Positions 29,738-38,658 of a stretch of DNA of 64,000 nt are shown here, one piece after another (positions within the stretch are counted from its first letter, which is position 1; each line of letters opens with the position of its first letter). The position numbers and the translations under genes are program-made. The stretch covers positions 3,520,001 to 3,584,000 of the forward strand of contig OZ245011.1 of the NCBI GenBank assembly GCA_965223665.1, given 5' to 3'. The notes under the pieces were generated by a model, which was given only the letters and a program-made list of their open reading frames with translations, searched no databases and was not told where the DNA came from. This DNA is from Nitrospinaceae bacterium (GTDB lineage Bacteria > Nitrospinota > Nitrospinia > Nitrospinales > Nitrospinaceae).

Positions 29738-30469
29738 ATGGCAATGCGACTCCAAAAAATTATTTCCCTTGCAGGAATTGCTTCACGCCGTGAGGCTGAA
29801 AGACTGATTGACCAGGGCAAAGTTACTGTTAATGGAGCGGTCATTCGCCAGCAAGGCTGTTTAGCCGACCCCGAAAAAGATAAAATAAAAGTGCTGGGAC
29901 GTTTGGTTCCCATGCCGGAAAAAAAAGTTTATGTGGTGTTTAATAAACCACGTGGTTGTTTAACGACCACCAAGGATGACCAGGATAGACCTACTGTGAT
30001 GGATTTTATTAATAAAGTACCTGGCCGGATTTTTCCCGTGGGACGGTTGGACTTTAATACAGAAGGCCTTTTATTGCTTACCAATGACGGGAACTTATCA
30101 AAAAAATTATTGGATCCCAGTTACCAGGTTCCACGAACTTATAGGGTAAAGGTTCGGGGAATTCCTGACGCAAAGGTATTAGGAAAGCTTGCTAAAGGAA
30201 TTCCAGTGGATGGTCTACCTTCGCAACCTATGGAAGCAAGTATCTTTAGAGTAACCGGGAAAAACTCCATTCTAACTTTGACCTTGAGGGAAGGTAAAAA
30301 TCGCCATATTCGTAAGGTCTGTGAAAAAGTAAGACACCCTGTGGTTAAGATCAACCGAATTCAGTTTGGGTCTATCGACTTAACCGGTTTACCCATTGGG
30401 GCTTATCGGTTTTTGAGTCCTCTGGAAGTTCGTTCCTTAAAGTCCTTAGTCTCAAAGAAAAAAGATTAA
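29738..30469 (+). CDS. rluB: RluB/RsuA-family pseudouridine synthase
   Basis: S4 domain RLQKII..AG.ASRR; PVGRLDFNTEGLLLLTNDG; follows scpB. Confidence 0.88.
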   Translation: MAMRLQKIISLAGIASRREAERLIDQGKVTVNGAVIRQQGCLADPEKDKIKVLGRLVPMPEKKVYVVFNKPRGCLTTTKDDQDRPTVMDFINKVPGRIFPVGRLDFNTEGLLLLTNDGNLSKKLLDPSYQVPRTYRVKVRGIPDAKVLGKLAKGIPVDGLPSQPMEASIFRVTGKNSILTLTLREGKNRHIRKVCEKVRHPVVKINRIQFGSIDLTGLPIGAYRFLSPLEVRSLKSLVSKKKD

Positions 30470-31521
30470 TGCTTTTGATTGCTCCACGATGGTTTTCCAT
30501 TATCAATCCTGTTCTAGGATGTTTTCTCACTTTTCTATTTATTTGGGAAAACCCAGGAATATGTTATGCGGAAATGGAATCAGGATTTAAGTATGAGGTT
30601 ACCGGTGAAGCCACGGTAAAGAAAGAAAATTATATGCGTGCCAGAAAAAAGGCAGTTAAGTTTGCTTTTCAAAATGCCCTGGAAAGAGCACTGCATGAGA
30701 TTTTGGGTGAATCCGTCGTAAACTCAAACCAAAAGAAAATTAATAGACTGTTAAGAAAAGCCAGGCATTTTGTGAAAAGTTACCGGTTTATAGAAACGAT
30801 CAATAGTCCGGTTGAAAAAATTACAAGAGTTAAGTTGGAAGTGACCTTGTTTACCAAAGCTATAAACCAACAACTGAGTTCTTTAGGAGTAATGAAATCT
30901 TTAATTAAAGAGCGAACTGTTATCATTTTAATTCATGAAAAAAGTTTATCAACTGAGACTCCTCCTGACTTTTGGGATTACACCCCAATCGCAGAGGTGG
31001 CTTTATTGCAAAACTTAACTGCTTCGGGAATCCAGGTCGTTAATCGGAATAAAGCGCGAGAATTGATTGATGAACAATCTGTAATTGATGCTGCCCAAGG
31101 GGATATTAGTTCAGCCGTTGATATTGGAATAAAAGTGGGCGCGGATATAGTAATAGTCGGAAACGCTATATCCAGCCGTGTTGGGGATTCTTCGGGTTCC
31201 TTAGAAGGTGGCATCCAATCCAGTTTGAATATAAAAGCGATTTCGGCTCTGAAATCCATGATCATTGCCGCCAAAAGTGAAATGGCTAGAGTAAATGTAA
31301 AAGATGATTTCCAAGGGGAACTTCAGGCGTTTGAATTAGCATCAAAAAAAATGGCTGGATTTTTATTGGGTGCCATGAATCGCTATTGGAACCCAGTGAT
31401 TGAACCGAATGTGGACGAATTTTCTGAAGGTAATGAAATAAATTCAATAGAACCTGAACAAACAAAACCTCCACAAGCTCCAATACAAGAAGTTACTCCA
31501 CAAATGATGGATGATTTGTAA
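30469..31521 (+). CDS. Exported hypothetical protein (FlgT N-terminal / CsgG-TolB-N-like folds)
   Basis: Signal-like N-terminus; G.A.....AR..A...A...A motif; GADIVIVG motif. Confidence 0.55.
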   Translation: MLLIAPRWFSIINPVLGCFLTFLFIWENPGICYAEMESGFKYEVTGEATVKKENYMRARKKAVKFAFQNALERALHEILGESVVNSNQKKINRLLRKARHFVKSYRFIETINSPVEKITRVKLEVTLFTKAINQQLSSLGVMKSLIKERTVIILIHEKSLSTETPPDFWDYTPIAEVALLQNLTASGIQVVNRNKARELIDEQSVIDAAQGDISSAVDIGIKVGADIVIVGNAISSRVGDSSGSLEGGIQSSLNIKAISALKSMIIAAKSEMARVNVKDDFQGELQAFELASKKMAGFLLGAMNRYWNPVIEPNVDEFSEGNEINSIEPEQTKPPQAPIQEVTPQMMDDL

Positions 31522-31523
31522 CT

Positions 31524-32588
31524 ATGGAAATAGCTAATAAAAGATTATTCTATGGATTATTGATAACCACACTTTTGCTGTTTATTTTTTTATATTTTTC
31601 AAGAAGGGTGGTCACTCCTTTTTTCATTGCCTTTGCTTTGGCCTATTTATTGGATCCTTTAGTGGATCGATTGGAAGAGGCAAAAATCTCCAGAACACCC
31701 TCAGTAATCATCTTAATGGTGGGTTTTTTCCTGTTGGTATTTTTAGCAGGGATTATTTTTTTACCGCTTTTAAAAGTACAAGTGGAACATGTTGCTCAAA
31801 AATTACCAGATTATATGGGTATTTTACAGAGTTGGTTTCACCCTATCGTTGAGAACATTGCTGGTTTGGATCAAACAAAAATTAAAGAAATTCTAAAAGT
31901 GGCCAGTGATAAGCTTGGTACTTTGCCATTAGAAGTTCTTGGTTCCGCTTCTAATATTGTATGGACTTCTCTGGCCAGTTTGATGAATTTAATTTTAGTT
32001 TTGATTAATACAATAATTATTCCGGTAGCAATGTTTTATTTACTGAGGGACTTTGATTTTATTGTGGAGAAGTTGAAAGGTCTGATTCCCCCACGATTTA
32101 AAGAGCAAACTGTAGAAATCTTTAAGGATATTGACCAAGTACTATCACGTTTTGTGCGGGGTCAATTGATGGTAGCTACCTTAATGGGAGTTTTATATTC
32201 TATCGGCCTGTTTATTTGTGGAACACCTATGAGTTTATTCATTGGTATGTTGGCAGGATATGCCAACCTAGTGCCTTACCTGGGATTGGTGGTTGGTTTT
32301 GTGCCCGCCGCTTTACTAACATTTCTACAGTTTCAAGAACTTATGCCTTTGCTTGGAGTGGTGGCCGTTTTTGCGGTTGTTCAGGGATTAGAAGGAATGG
32401 TAATCACTCCACGAGTGGTAGGAGATCAATTGGGATTGCATCCGGTAGCAATCATGCTGGCAGTTTTAATAGGGGCGGAGTTGTTTGGTTTTCTAGGTGT
32501 CCTATTAGCCGTTCCTGTGGCCGCTGTCCTTAATGTTCTGTTACGAAGGGGTCTTGTAGTTTATAAAAAATCTTCTGTTTTTTCCTAA
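31524..32588 (+). CDS. AI-2E family transporter
   Basis: PFFIAFALAYLLDPLVD, FVRGQL, NLVPYLG, QGLEG..ITPR..G..LGLHP. Confidence 0.93.
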   Translation: MEIANKRLFYGLLITTLLLFIFLYFSRRVVTPFFIAFALAYLLDPLVDRLEEAKISRTPSVIILMVGFFLLVFLAGIIFLPLLKVQVEHVAQKLPDYMGILQSWFHPIVENIAGLDQTKIKEILKVASDKLGTLPLEVLGSASNIVWTSLASLMNLILVLINTIIIPVAMFYLLRDFDFIVEKLKGLIPPRFKEQTVEIFKDIDQVLSRFVRGQLMVATLMGVLYSIGLFICGTPMSLFIGMLAGYANLVPYLGLVVGFVPAALLTFLQFQELMPLLGVVAVFAVVQGLEGMVITPRVVGDQLGLHPVAIMLAVLIGAELFGFLGVLLAVPVAAVLNVLLRRGLVVYKKSSVFS

Positions 32589-33659
32589 TTAGACATACTG
32601 ATAACGCATATTGCGTCTTTTTGGCGCATTCCCACTATCTTCTATTAAACGACAAATTTCTTTTTCGTCCATGTAATGAACCGTTCCCGCGGCGGAAACA
32701 ACATTTTCTTCCATCATAGTACTTCCCATATCATTAGCGCCAAAAAATAAAGCCATTTGTCCTATTTTCGGTCCCTGAGTGACCCACGATGATTGAATGT
32801 TGTCTATATTGTCTAAAACGATTCTGCTAATGGCTAATGTTTTTAAATATTCCCAGCCAGTGGTGGTTTTAGGTCCAATTTGTTGGGTTAGTGCTGTGTT
32901 TCCGGGTTGGAAGGGCCAGGGAATGAAGGCAGTGAATCCACCACTTTTATCCTGTTGATCGCGGAGACGAATCAGATGTTCTACGCGTTCTTCTAAAGTT
33001 TCAATATGTCCAAACATCATCGTTGCGGTAGTTGGCAGTCCCAATCTATGAGCAATATCCATAACTTCTAACCATTGATCCGAAGTGCACTTTGCCGGGC
33101 TAATAATTTTGCGAACACGATCAACCAATATTTCACCACCGCCACCGGGTATGGAATCCAGCCCGGCATTTTGAAGGCGTTTTAATGTTTCTTCTAAGCT
33201 GAGTTTGGATATTTTAGAAATATGAAAAATCTCGGGAGGAGAAAGAGCGTGCAGATGGATATCAAAGCGGCTTTTTATTTCTTTAAACAAATCTTCAAAA
33301 TATTCAATTTTTAAATCTTTATGATGACCACCCTGCATCAATATTTGCTGACCGCCAACCTCGACCAATTCTTCAATTTTTTGGGAAATGGTCTCAATCG
33401 GTAAAACGTAGGAACTAGAGTCTTCTTCCTTTCTATAAAATGCACAAAAAAGACAGTCTGTAACACAAACATTGGTGTAATTAATATTGCGGTCGATAAT
33501 ATAGGTAACTGTATTGTCTACCGCTCCACGGCGGGATTTAGATAAACGAGTTGCCACGTTTCCGAGCAGTGCCATGTCCTGACAAGAAAATAATTCAACG
33601 GCTTCATCGAATTGCAGACGATCACCCGCCAGCGCTTTTTGTATTACAGTTTCTAACAT
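32589..33659 (-). CDS. mqnC: Cyclic dehypoxanthinyl futalosine synthase
   Basis: DRNINYTNVC..C.FCAFYR, ILMQGG, SIPGGG.EIL, QSSWVTQG, MEENVVSAAG. Confidence 0.93.
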   Translation of the reverse strand: MLETVIQKALAGDRLQFDEAVELFSCQDMALLGNVATRLSKSRRGAVDNTVTYIIDRNINYTNVCVTDCLFCAFYRKEEDSSSYVLPIETISQKIEELVEVGGQQILMQGGHHKDLKIEYFEDLFKEIKSRFDIHLHALSPPEIFHISKISKLSLEETLKRLQNAGLDSIPGGGGEILVDRVRKIISPAKCTSDQWLEVMDIAHRLGLPTTATMMFGHIETLEERVEHLIRLRDQQDKSGGFTAFIPWPFQPGNTALTQQIGPKTTTGWEYLKTLAISRIVLDNIDNIQSSWVTQGPKIGQMALFFGANDMGSTMMEENVVSAAGTVHYMDEKEICRLIEDSGNAPKRRNMRYQYV

Positions 33660-33677
33660 CAGTCTTTTTTTGTGAAA

Positions 33678-34025
33678 TTATCTCAGGGAAGGGGCGTGAA
33701 TGCCATCGACACCAGTATCGCCCATTTGTTCTTCTTCTGTAATCATAAAAACGTGATATCCAAACTTGCTTTGGATGGGTCCACCGATTTGTCCCAAGGG
33801 AGTTGCCATAGCAGCCTCTTCTAATTCTTTGGCGTTGGTATTAAATTCTAAAAACCCTAAATCACCACCCTGTTTTCGGGAAGCACAGGCGCTATATTTT
33901 TTGGCAAGTTTCTCAAAGGTTTTCTTTTTTAATTCTGGTTCTTCTATGTCTTTTAGCATTTCGTAAATCATATTTGCTAAATCTTTGGTGGTTAAAACAA
34001 TATGGCTGACACGAATAGATCTCAC
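33678..34025 (-). CDS. Parvulin-type peptidyl-prolyl cis-trans isomerase
   Basis: SHIV, F..LAKKYS.C.S..QGGDLG, SKFGYHV. Confidence 0.88.
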   Translation of the reverse strand: MRSIRVSHIVLTTKDLANMIYEMLKDIEEPELKKKTFEKLAKKYSACASRKQGGDLGFLEFNTNAKELEEAAMATPLGQIGGPIQSKFGYHVFMITEEEQMGDTGVDGIHAPSLR

Positions 34026-34250
34026 GGCCGAATTTCCTTATATGGCTTAATTGCGTTTCCCCATGAAATTTGATGGAGTTTCTACAGGAAATTGTACCTT
34101 TTTTGCTGGAATTGACAACCCTTATCGGAGGAAAGCCTTATGGAAAGTAGGAGGACTAAGGATATTTTGATTTATTTAGTTAATAGGGGATGGATATTAA
34201 TAACGTTTTAAAAAATAATGAATTTTGGAGAAAAGAATATTTTTGAGGAA

Positions 34251-35057
34251 TTAAAAGAAATATCGCAAAAATCCCATCAGGTGCGGGACAAGTTTAGGGC
34301 GGATCAATCTAGGGTCATAGGGGGTTAAATATTTTTTATTCTCTTTGAGACTGGTTTCAATGAATTCACGAAATCCTATATTAGAGTATTTCAGGTATCG
34401 TTTAACAAGGAAAAGGGGAATCTTACTCTCGTTTTTTGCCTGATCCCAAAGTCGTATTTTACTGGCTAATCCAAATGCCCAAAGATTTTGAAGAAAATGA
34501 TAAAACTGTTGATGCATGGATCGTTGATAACGGTGATGAATAATCCAGTTTTGAAAAAACAATAGGTGCCGGGCTTTTTCTTCTTTAAGGGCTGAAACCA
34601 GTTTTAAAAATTCGCGCGGGAATTCTTTTGTTGCTTGAACCACCAGAGGCAATCCCAGTCCAAAAAAAATGTCAATTGTCTGACCGGACCCGTATTTGAA
34701 AAACTCCCATCTCAAGTTTTCGGGGATAGATTCCTCTTTTTTGTCTGAATTTAAAGGAATTTTATAGACATTTAAAAAGTCTTCTAAAATTTCTGCTTGT
34801 CTACCTTCTTCATAAGCTAATAGGGAAACGGCTTCTCTGGCCAAGGGATCGGAAATTTTTTCTGAATAAGCTTTTATGAGCTTAGAGTTCCGGTGGCCCG
34901 TTTGAATCAATTGGTCCCAAACAGGTATTGCCTTCAAGGTTTCAATCATAGAGGAAGGTAAATCGGGCCAAGTAATGTCAGCGGGCTTAAACACTTTATG
35001 AGAGTAGATGAAAAACCGACAATATAAATTTTTATGCTCTGGAGAGCCCAGAATCAT
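34251..35057 (-). CDS. Ferritin-like domain protein (apparently degenerate metal site)
   Basis: GS..HK.L.CR.FI..H, WP.L, DPL.REA..L..YEEGR, ARH..FF.NW. Confidence 0.65.
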   Translation of the reverse strand: MILGSPEHKNLYCRFFIYSHKVFKPADITWPDLPSSMIETLKAIPVWDQLIQTGHRNSKLIKAYSEKISDPLAREAVSLLAYEEGRQAEILEDFLNVYKIPLNSDKKEESIPENLRWEFFKYGSGQTIDIFFGLGLPLVVQATKEFPREFLKLVSALKEEKARHLLFFQNWIIHHRYQRSMHQQFYHFLQNLWAFGLASKIRLWDQAKNESKIPLFLVKRYLKYSNIGFREFIETSLKENKKYLTPYDPRLIRPKLVPHLMGFLRYFF

Positions 35058-35240
35058 GGTTAGAAATCCTCTTTTAAAAACGGTGGGCTAGTAGAAAAGA
35101 CTACGGTAATACAATTACAGTTAAACAATATAAGGCTTTATAAAAAAAAATCCAGTACTTAAAATGGTTTGGGGTAGGAAGATTCCTATAAATTATTTGG
35201 TTTAAAGGAGTTGCTGGATTAAATTTTATTTAAAAAAAGT

Positions 35241-36788
35241 TTAGGAAAGAGTTTGATTTTCTTGATAAAAAGTTTCCAGAGTTTCAATTAGCCCTTCTAC
35301 GGTAAACTTTTCAGCAATCATATTTACATGGAGGCCATGGTCTTGAGCCGTTTTAGCGGTAATCGGGCCTATGCAGGCAATGGTGACCGAATCCAGAAGT
35401 TCCTTCGCATTTGTTCCCATTCCTTCCATGAAGTTATTGACCGTTGATGATGCAGTGAAGGTTATTATATCAATAGTTTTCTCCTTCAATCTATTTAGAA
35501 TCCTTTCAATTCCCTGTTCGGGTATTACAGTTTTGTAAGCAGGAACGACATCAATTTCAGCACCCAGTTTGCGTAAGTTTTCCGGCAAAATTTCCCTGGC
35601 CACCGAAGCCCGGGGAAGAAGAAACTTTTTACCTCGAATATTATCTTTTCCCAAGCTATCTAAAAGGGATTCAGCTACATATTTTTCCGGAACCAAATCT
35701 ACTTTAATTCCTAATTGGTTTACAGCCTCTGCGGTTTTTGGACCTATACAAAAAATTTTAAGTCCCTTGAGTTCGCGAATGTCCTTATCGTTTTCCTTTA
35801 AACGCTTTGTAAAAAACCTGACCCCGTTAGTACTTGTAAAAATCAGGTTGTCATATGTTTCCAGCCTATTTATCGCTTGATCCAAAGGTCCCCAGTTATC
35901 GGGAGCAATGGTTTCAATTACTGGACAATGAACAGGCTCTGCACCTTTTTCAATTAAAATATTAGTGAAATCATTCGACTGGTTTTCGGCACGGGTAATG
36001 ACAATTGCTTTTCCAAATAGGGGTGAGGTTTCATACCAGTTGATCAAGGGTTTAAGTTCCACCACTTCCCCAACAATTGTTAAAGCAGGGGGGCTAATTT
36101 TTTCTTTGTAGGCAATGTCTACAATGGTGCTCAATGTTCCTGTCCAGGTTTTTTGTTTAAAGGTGGTTCCCCATTGGATTACGGCAATCGGTGTGTTCGG
36201 GTCTTTACCAAATTTAATAAGATTTTCGGTAATGCGACCCAGTTTGCGGGCGCCCATTAGGAAGACTAAGGTCCCTGAACGGCTGGCAATCTTTTCCCAA
36301 TCAATATGTAAATCTTCTTTTCCTTTTTCGTTACTGCCGGTGACGATAGTAATCATCGAGGAAAAATCACGGTGTGTGAGTGGAATCCCTGAATAAGCAG
36401 AGACCCCCATTGGAGAAGGCACACCCGGAACCACAGCAAAAGGGATTCCTTCTTTATTCAGAGCTACAGTTTCTTCGCCACCACGCCCAAATAAAAATGG
36501 ATCTCCTCCTTTTAATCTTATTACCGTTTTGCCTTGTTTAGCTTTTTGAATGAGAAGTTTATTTATGTCTTCTTGTTTTAAGGTATATTGTCCCTCTTTT
36601 TTGCCCGCATAAATAATTTCTGCTTTTTCCCGGGCAAATTGTAGTAACTGAACATTCGCTAAATAATCATAAACAATTACATCAGCCCGCTCTAACCAAG
36701 ACTTCCCTTTTACGGTTATTAAACCTGGGTCTCCAGGCCCTGCTCCAACCAGAATCACTTTTCCAGTATTTTTATTGGGGTTGGTCAT
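35241..36788 (-). CDS. cobA: Uroporphyrinogen-III C-methyltransferase / uroporphyrinogen-III synthase fusion (CobA/HemD)
   Basis: LVGAGPGDPGLIT, RLKGGDP, GIPLTHR; HemD half FTSTNGV, IGPKTA, FTASSTV. Confidence 0.95.
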   Translation of the reverse strand: MTNPNKNTGKVILVGAGPGDPGLITVKGKSWLERADVIVYDYLANVQLLQFAREKAEIIYAGKKEGQYTLKQEDINKLLIQKAKQGKTVIRLKGGDPFLFGRGGEETVALNKEGIPFAVVPGVPSPMGVSAYSGIPLTHRDFSSMITIVTGSNEKGKEDLHIDWEKIASRSGTLVFLMGARKLGRITENLIKFGKDPNTPIAVIQWGTTFKQKTWTGTLSTIVDIAYKEKISPPALTIVGEVVELKPLINWYETSPLFGKAIVITRAENQSNDFTNILIEKGAEPVHCPVIETIAPDNWGPLDQAINRLETYDNLIFTSTNGVRFFTKRLKENDKDIRELKGLKIFCIGPKTAEAVNQLGIKVDLVPEKYVAESLLDSLGKDNIRGKKFLLPRASVAREILPENLRKLGAEIDVVPAYKTVIPEQGIERILNRLKEKTIDIITFTASSTVNNFMEGMGTNAKELLDSVTIACIGPITAKTAQDHGLHVNMIAEKFTVEGLIETLETFYQENQTLS

Positions 36789-37569
36789 GATTTTCTACAA
36801 TTAAATTTGATAAGTTTGCAAAATCTTGAAGTGTCATAGTCTCTCCACGTCTCGAGAGGTCAATCCCCTCACGTTCAATTTTCTTCAAGTCTAGTTTATA
36901 GTGTTTGTTCATAGTTTTAAGATTATTTTTTAATGTTTTTCGCTTGTGAAGGAATGCAGAGTGAACCAGTTGAAAAAATGTTTTTAGGTGATTAACTGAA
37001 ACGGGAGGGGCAGGTCGTGGAGTTACTCTAATGACGGCAGAATTAATTTTTGGTGGAGGGGAGAAAGCATCCTTTTTGACATTTAACAAATGTTGAACCT
37101 CACAATGAAATTGAGTAAACACTGTAAGTGAACCGTATTCCTTTGTGCAAGGTTTGGCTGTTAATCGATCGACCACTTCTTTTTGGAACATTAGAGTCAT
37201 GTTTTTTATATAGGATTTGAACTCGATCAATCGCTTTAAAATTGGGGTGGCCGCATAATAAGGCAGGTTTGATATTACCTGATAGCCATGACCATTTGAA
37301 CTGTAATCAAATTTTAAAGCATCCTGATTGACTAAATTAAATGCGGAATTTTTCCCAAACTTTTTTTTTAATTCTTGGCACAATCTCGGGTCGATTTCTA
37401 ATGCTAGTAGAGATTTAGAACGATCTAGAATTCTACCAGTGAGAATCCCTTTTCCTGGACCAATTTCCAATACATGGCCATTTTCCTCAATATGGGCAAG
37501 ATTAATGATTTCATCTGCAATGGAAGGGTCACACAGAAAATTTTGTCCCAGAGGTCTACGTTTTTTCAT
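36772..37569 (-). CDS. rsmA: 16S rRNA adenine dimethyltransferase
   Basis: LGQNFL, LEIGPGKG, SNLPY, MFQKEV, F.PPPK..S. Confidence 0.96.
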   Translation of the reverse strand: MKKRRPLGQNFLCDPSIADEIINLAHIEENGHVLEIGPGKGILTGRILDRSKSLLALEIDPRLCQELKKKFGKNSAFNLVNQDALKFDYSSNGHGYQVISNLPYYAATPILKRLIEFKSYIKNMTLMFQKEVVDRLTAKPCTKEYGSLTVFTQFHCEVQHLLNVKKDAFSPPPKINSAVIRVTPRPAPPVSVNHLKTFFQLVHSAFLHKRKTLKNNLKTMNKHYKLDLKKIEREGIDLSRRGETMTLQDFANLSNLIVENHDQPQ

Positions 37570-38564
37570 TCTGATAGTACTGCTGAACGGGATAATTGCG
37601 TAGCAACGTTAATGGCTTCCAACAAACTATTGGGAGAGGCCTCTCCTTTTCCAGCAATATCGAAGGCTGTTCCGTGGTCAACGGAGGTTCGAATAATAGG
37701 CAGTCCCAAGGTGATATTTACTGCGTGACCCATGGAAGCCATTTTAATGGGAATCATACCTTGGTCATGATACATGGTGATTACAGCATCAAATTGGTAA
37801 TCATTAATTCGACCAAATAATGCATCTGCCGAAAAGGGTCCTTTTACATCAATTTGGATATTTTGGGAAGATTCAATGGCAGGTTGAATAATATCTTTTT
37901 CTTCATTGCCAAAGATTCCTCCATCCCCGCTGTGTGGATTCAACCCGGTAACTGCTAATTTGGGATTATCAATCCCAATTTGCTTAAGCCAATGGTCAGT
38001 TAAGCGAATAGTCTTCTCCACTTTTTCTCTAGTGATAAGACTTTTTACTTGCTCAAGTGCGACGTGAGTTGTTGTTAGAACAACACGCAAGTTTTTTCCG
38101 GCCAGCATTAAAGCGACTTCGGGTGTATTTGTTAAATCAGCTAAAAGTTCAGTGTGGCCGGGGTATTTAAATCCCGCTAGATGCATACTGTTTTTGTTAA
38201 TAGGGGCCGTTGTGATTGCTTGAACATCCTGACTAATAGCCAGGTCAACAGCGCGCTTTATATAGTCAACGGAAGCTTGGCCTCCCTCCGCCGAAGATTT
38301 TCCATAAGTAAGGTTATCAGGAACATTTTTTAAATCAAAAACCGCTATTTGATTTTTCAAAACTTTAGCTTCTGCAACTGAATTTACTGGTGTAAAGTTT
38401 AGATTGGAACTCAATTTGGAAGCAACTTTCTTGAGATGGGTTCCATCGCCAATAATAAGAATGTGGCAATTATCCGGTAAACTTTGCAAGCCTTTAACGA
38501 TAATTTCAGGCCCAATTCCGGCTGGGTCTCCCATGGTAACTGCAATGCAAGGACGGTTTCCCAA
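37566..38564 (-). CDS. pdxA: 4-hydroxythreonine-4-phosphate dehydrogenase
   Basis: TMGDPAGIGPE, GHTE, GLNPH, MYHDQG, RTSVDHGTA. Confidence 0.96.
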   Translation of the reverse strand: MGNRPCIAVTMGDPAGIGPEIIVKGLQSLPDNCHILIIGDGTHLKKVASKLSSNLNFTPVNSVAEAKVLKNQIAVFDLKNVPDNLTYGKSSAEGGQASVDYIKRAVDLAISQDVQAITTAPINKNSMHLAGFKYPGHTELLADLTNTPEVALMLAGKNLRVVLTTTHVALEQVKSLITREKVEKTIRLTDHWLKQIGIDNPKLAVTGLNPHSGDGGIFGNEEKDIIQPAIESSQNIQIDVKGPFSADALFGRINDYQFDAVITMYHDQGMIPIKMASMGHAVNITLGLPIIRTSVDHGTAFDIAGKGEASPNSLLEAINVATQLSRSAVLSE

Positions 38565-38634
38565 GTCAAATTTCCCTATTTATAGATTAATATTCTTTTG
38601 GAAGAGGAAATGCGTAAACTAAATGAGGTAAACG

Positions 38635-38653
38635 GGGTGGGCATTGCCCACCC
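38635..38653. terminator. GC-rich hairpin downstream of pckA (terminator or REP-like)
   Basis: GGGTGGGCA-T-TGCCCACCC perfect inverted repeat. Confidence 0.5.
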
Positions 38654-38658
38654 AAACG

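Noticed and set aside
34112-34160. CTTATC..GAG start reminiscent of a SAM-I riboswitch
   Set aside because: Lacks the downstream conserved GCAACC/GTGC core and has no suitable downstream gene on that strand
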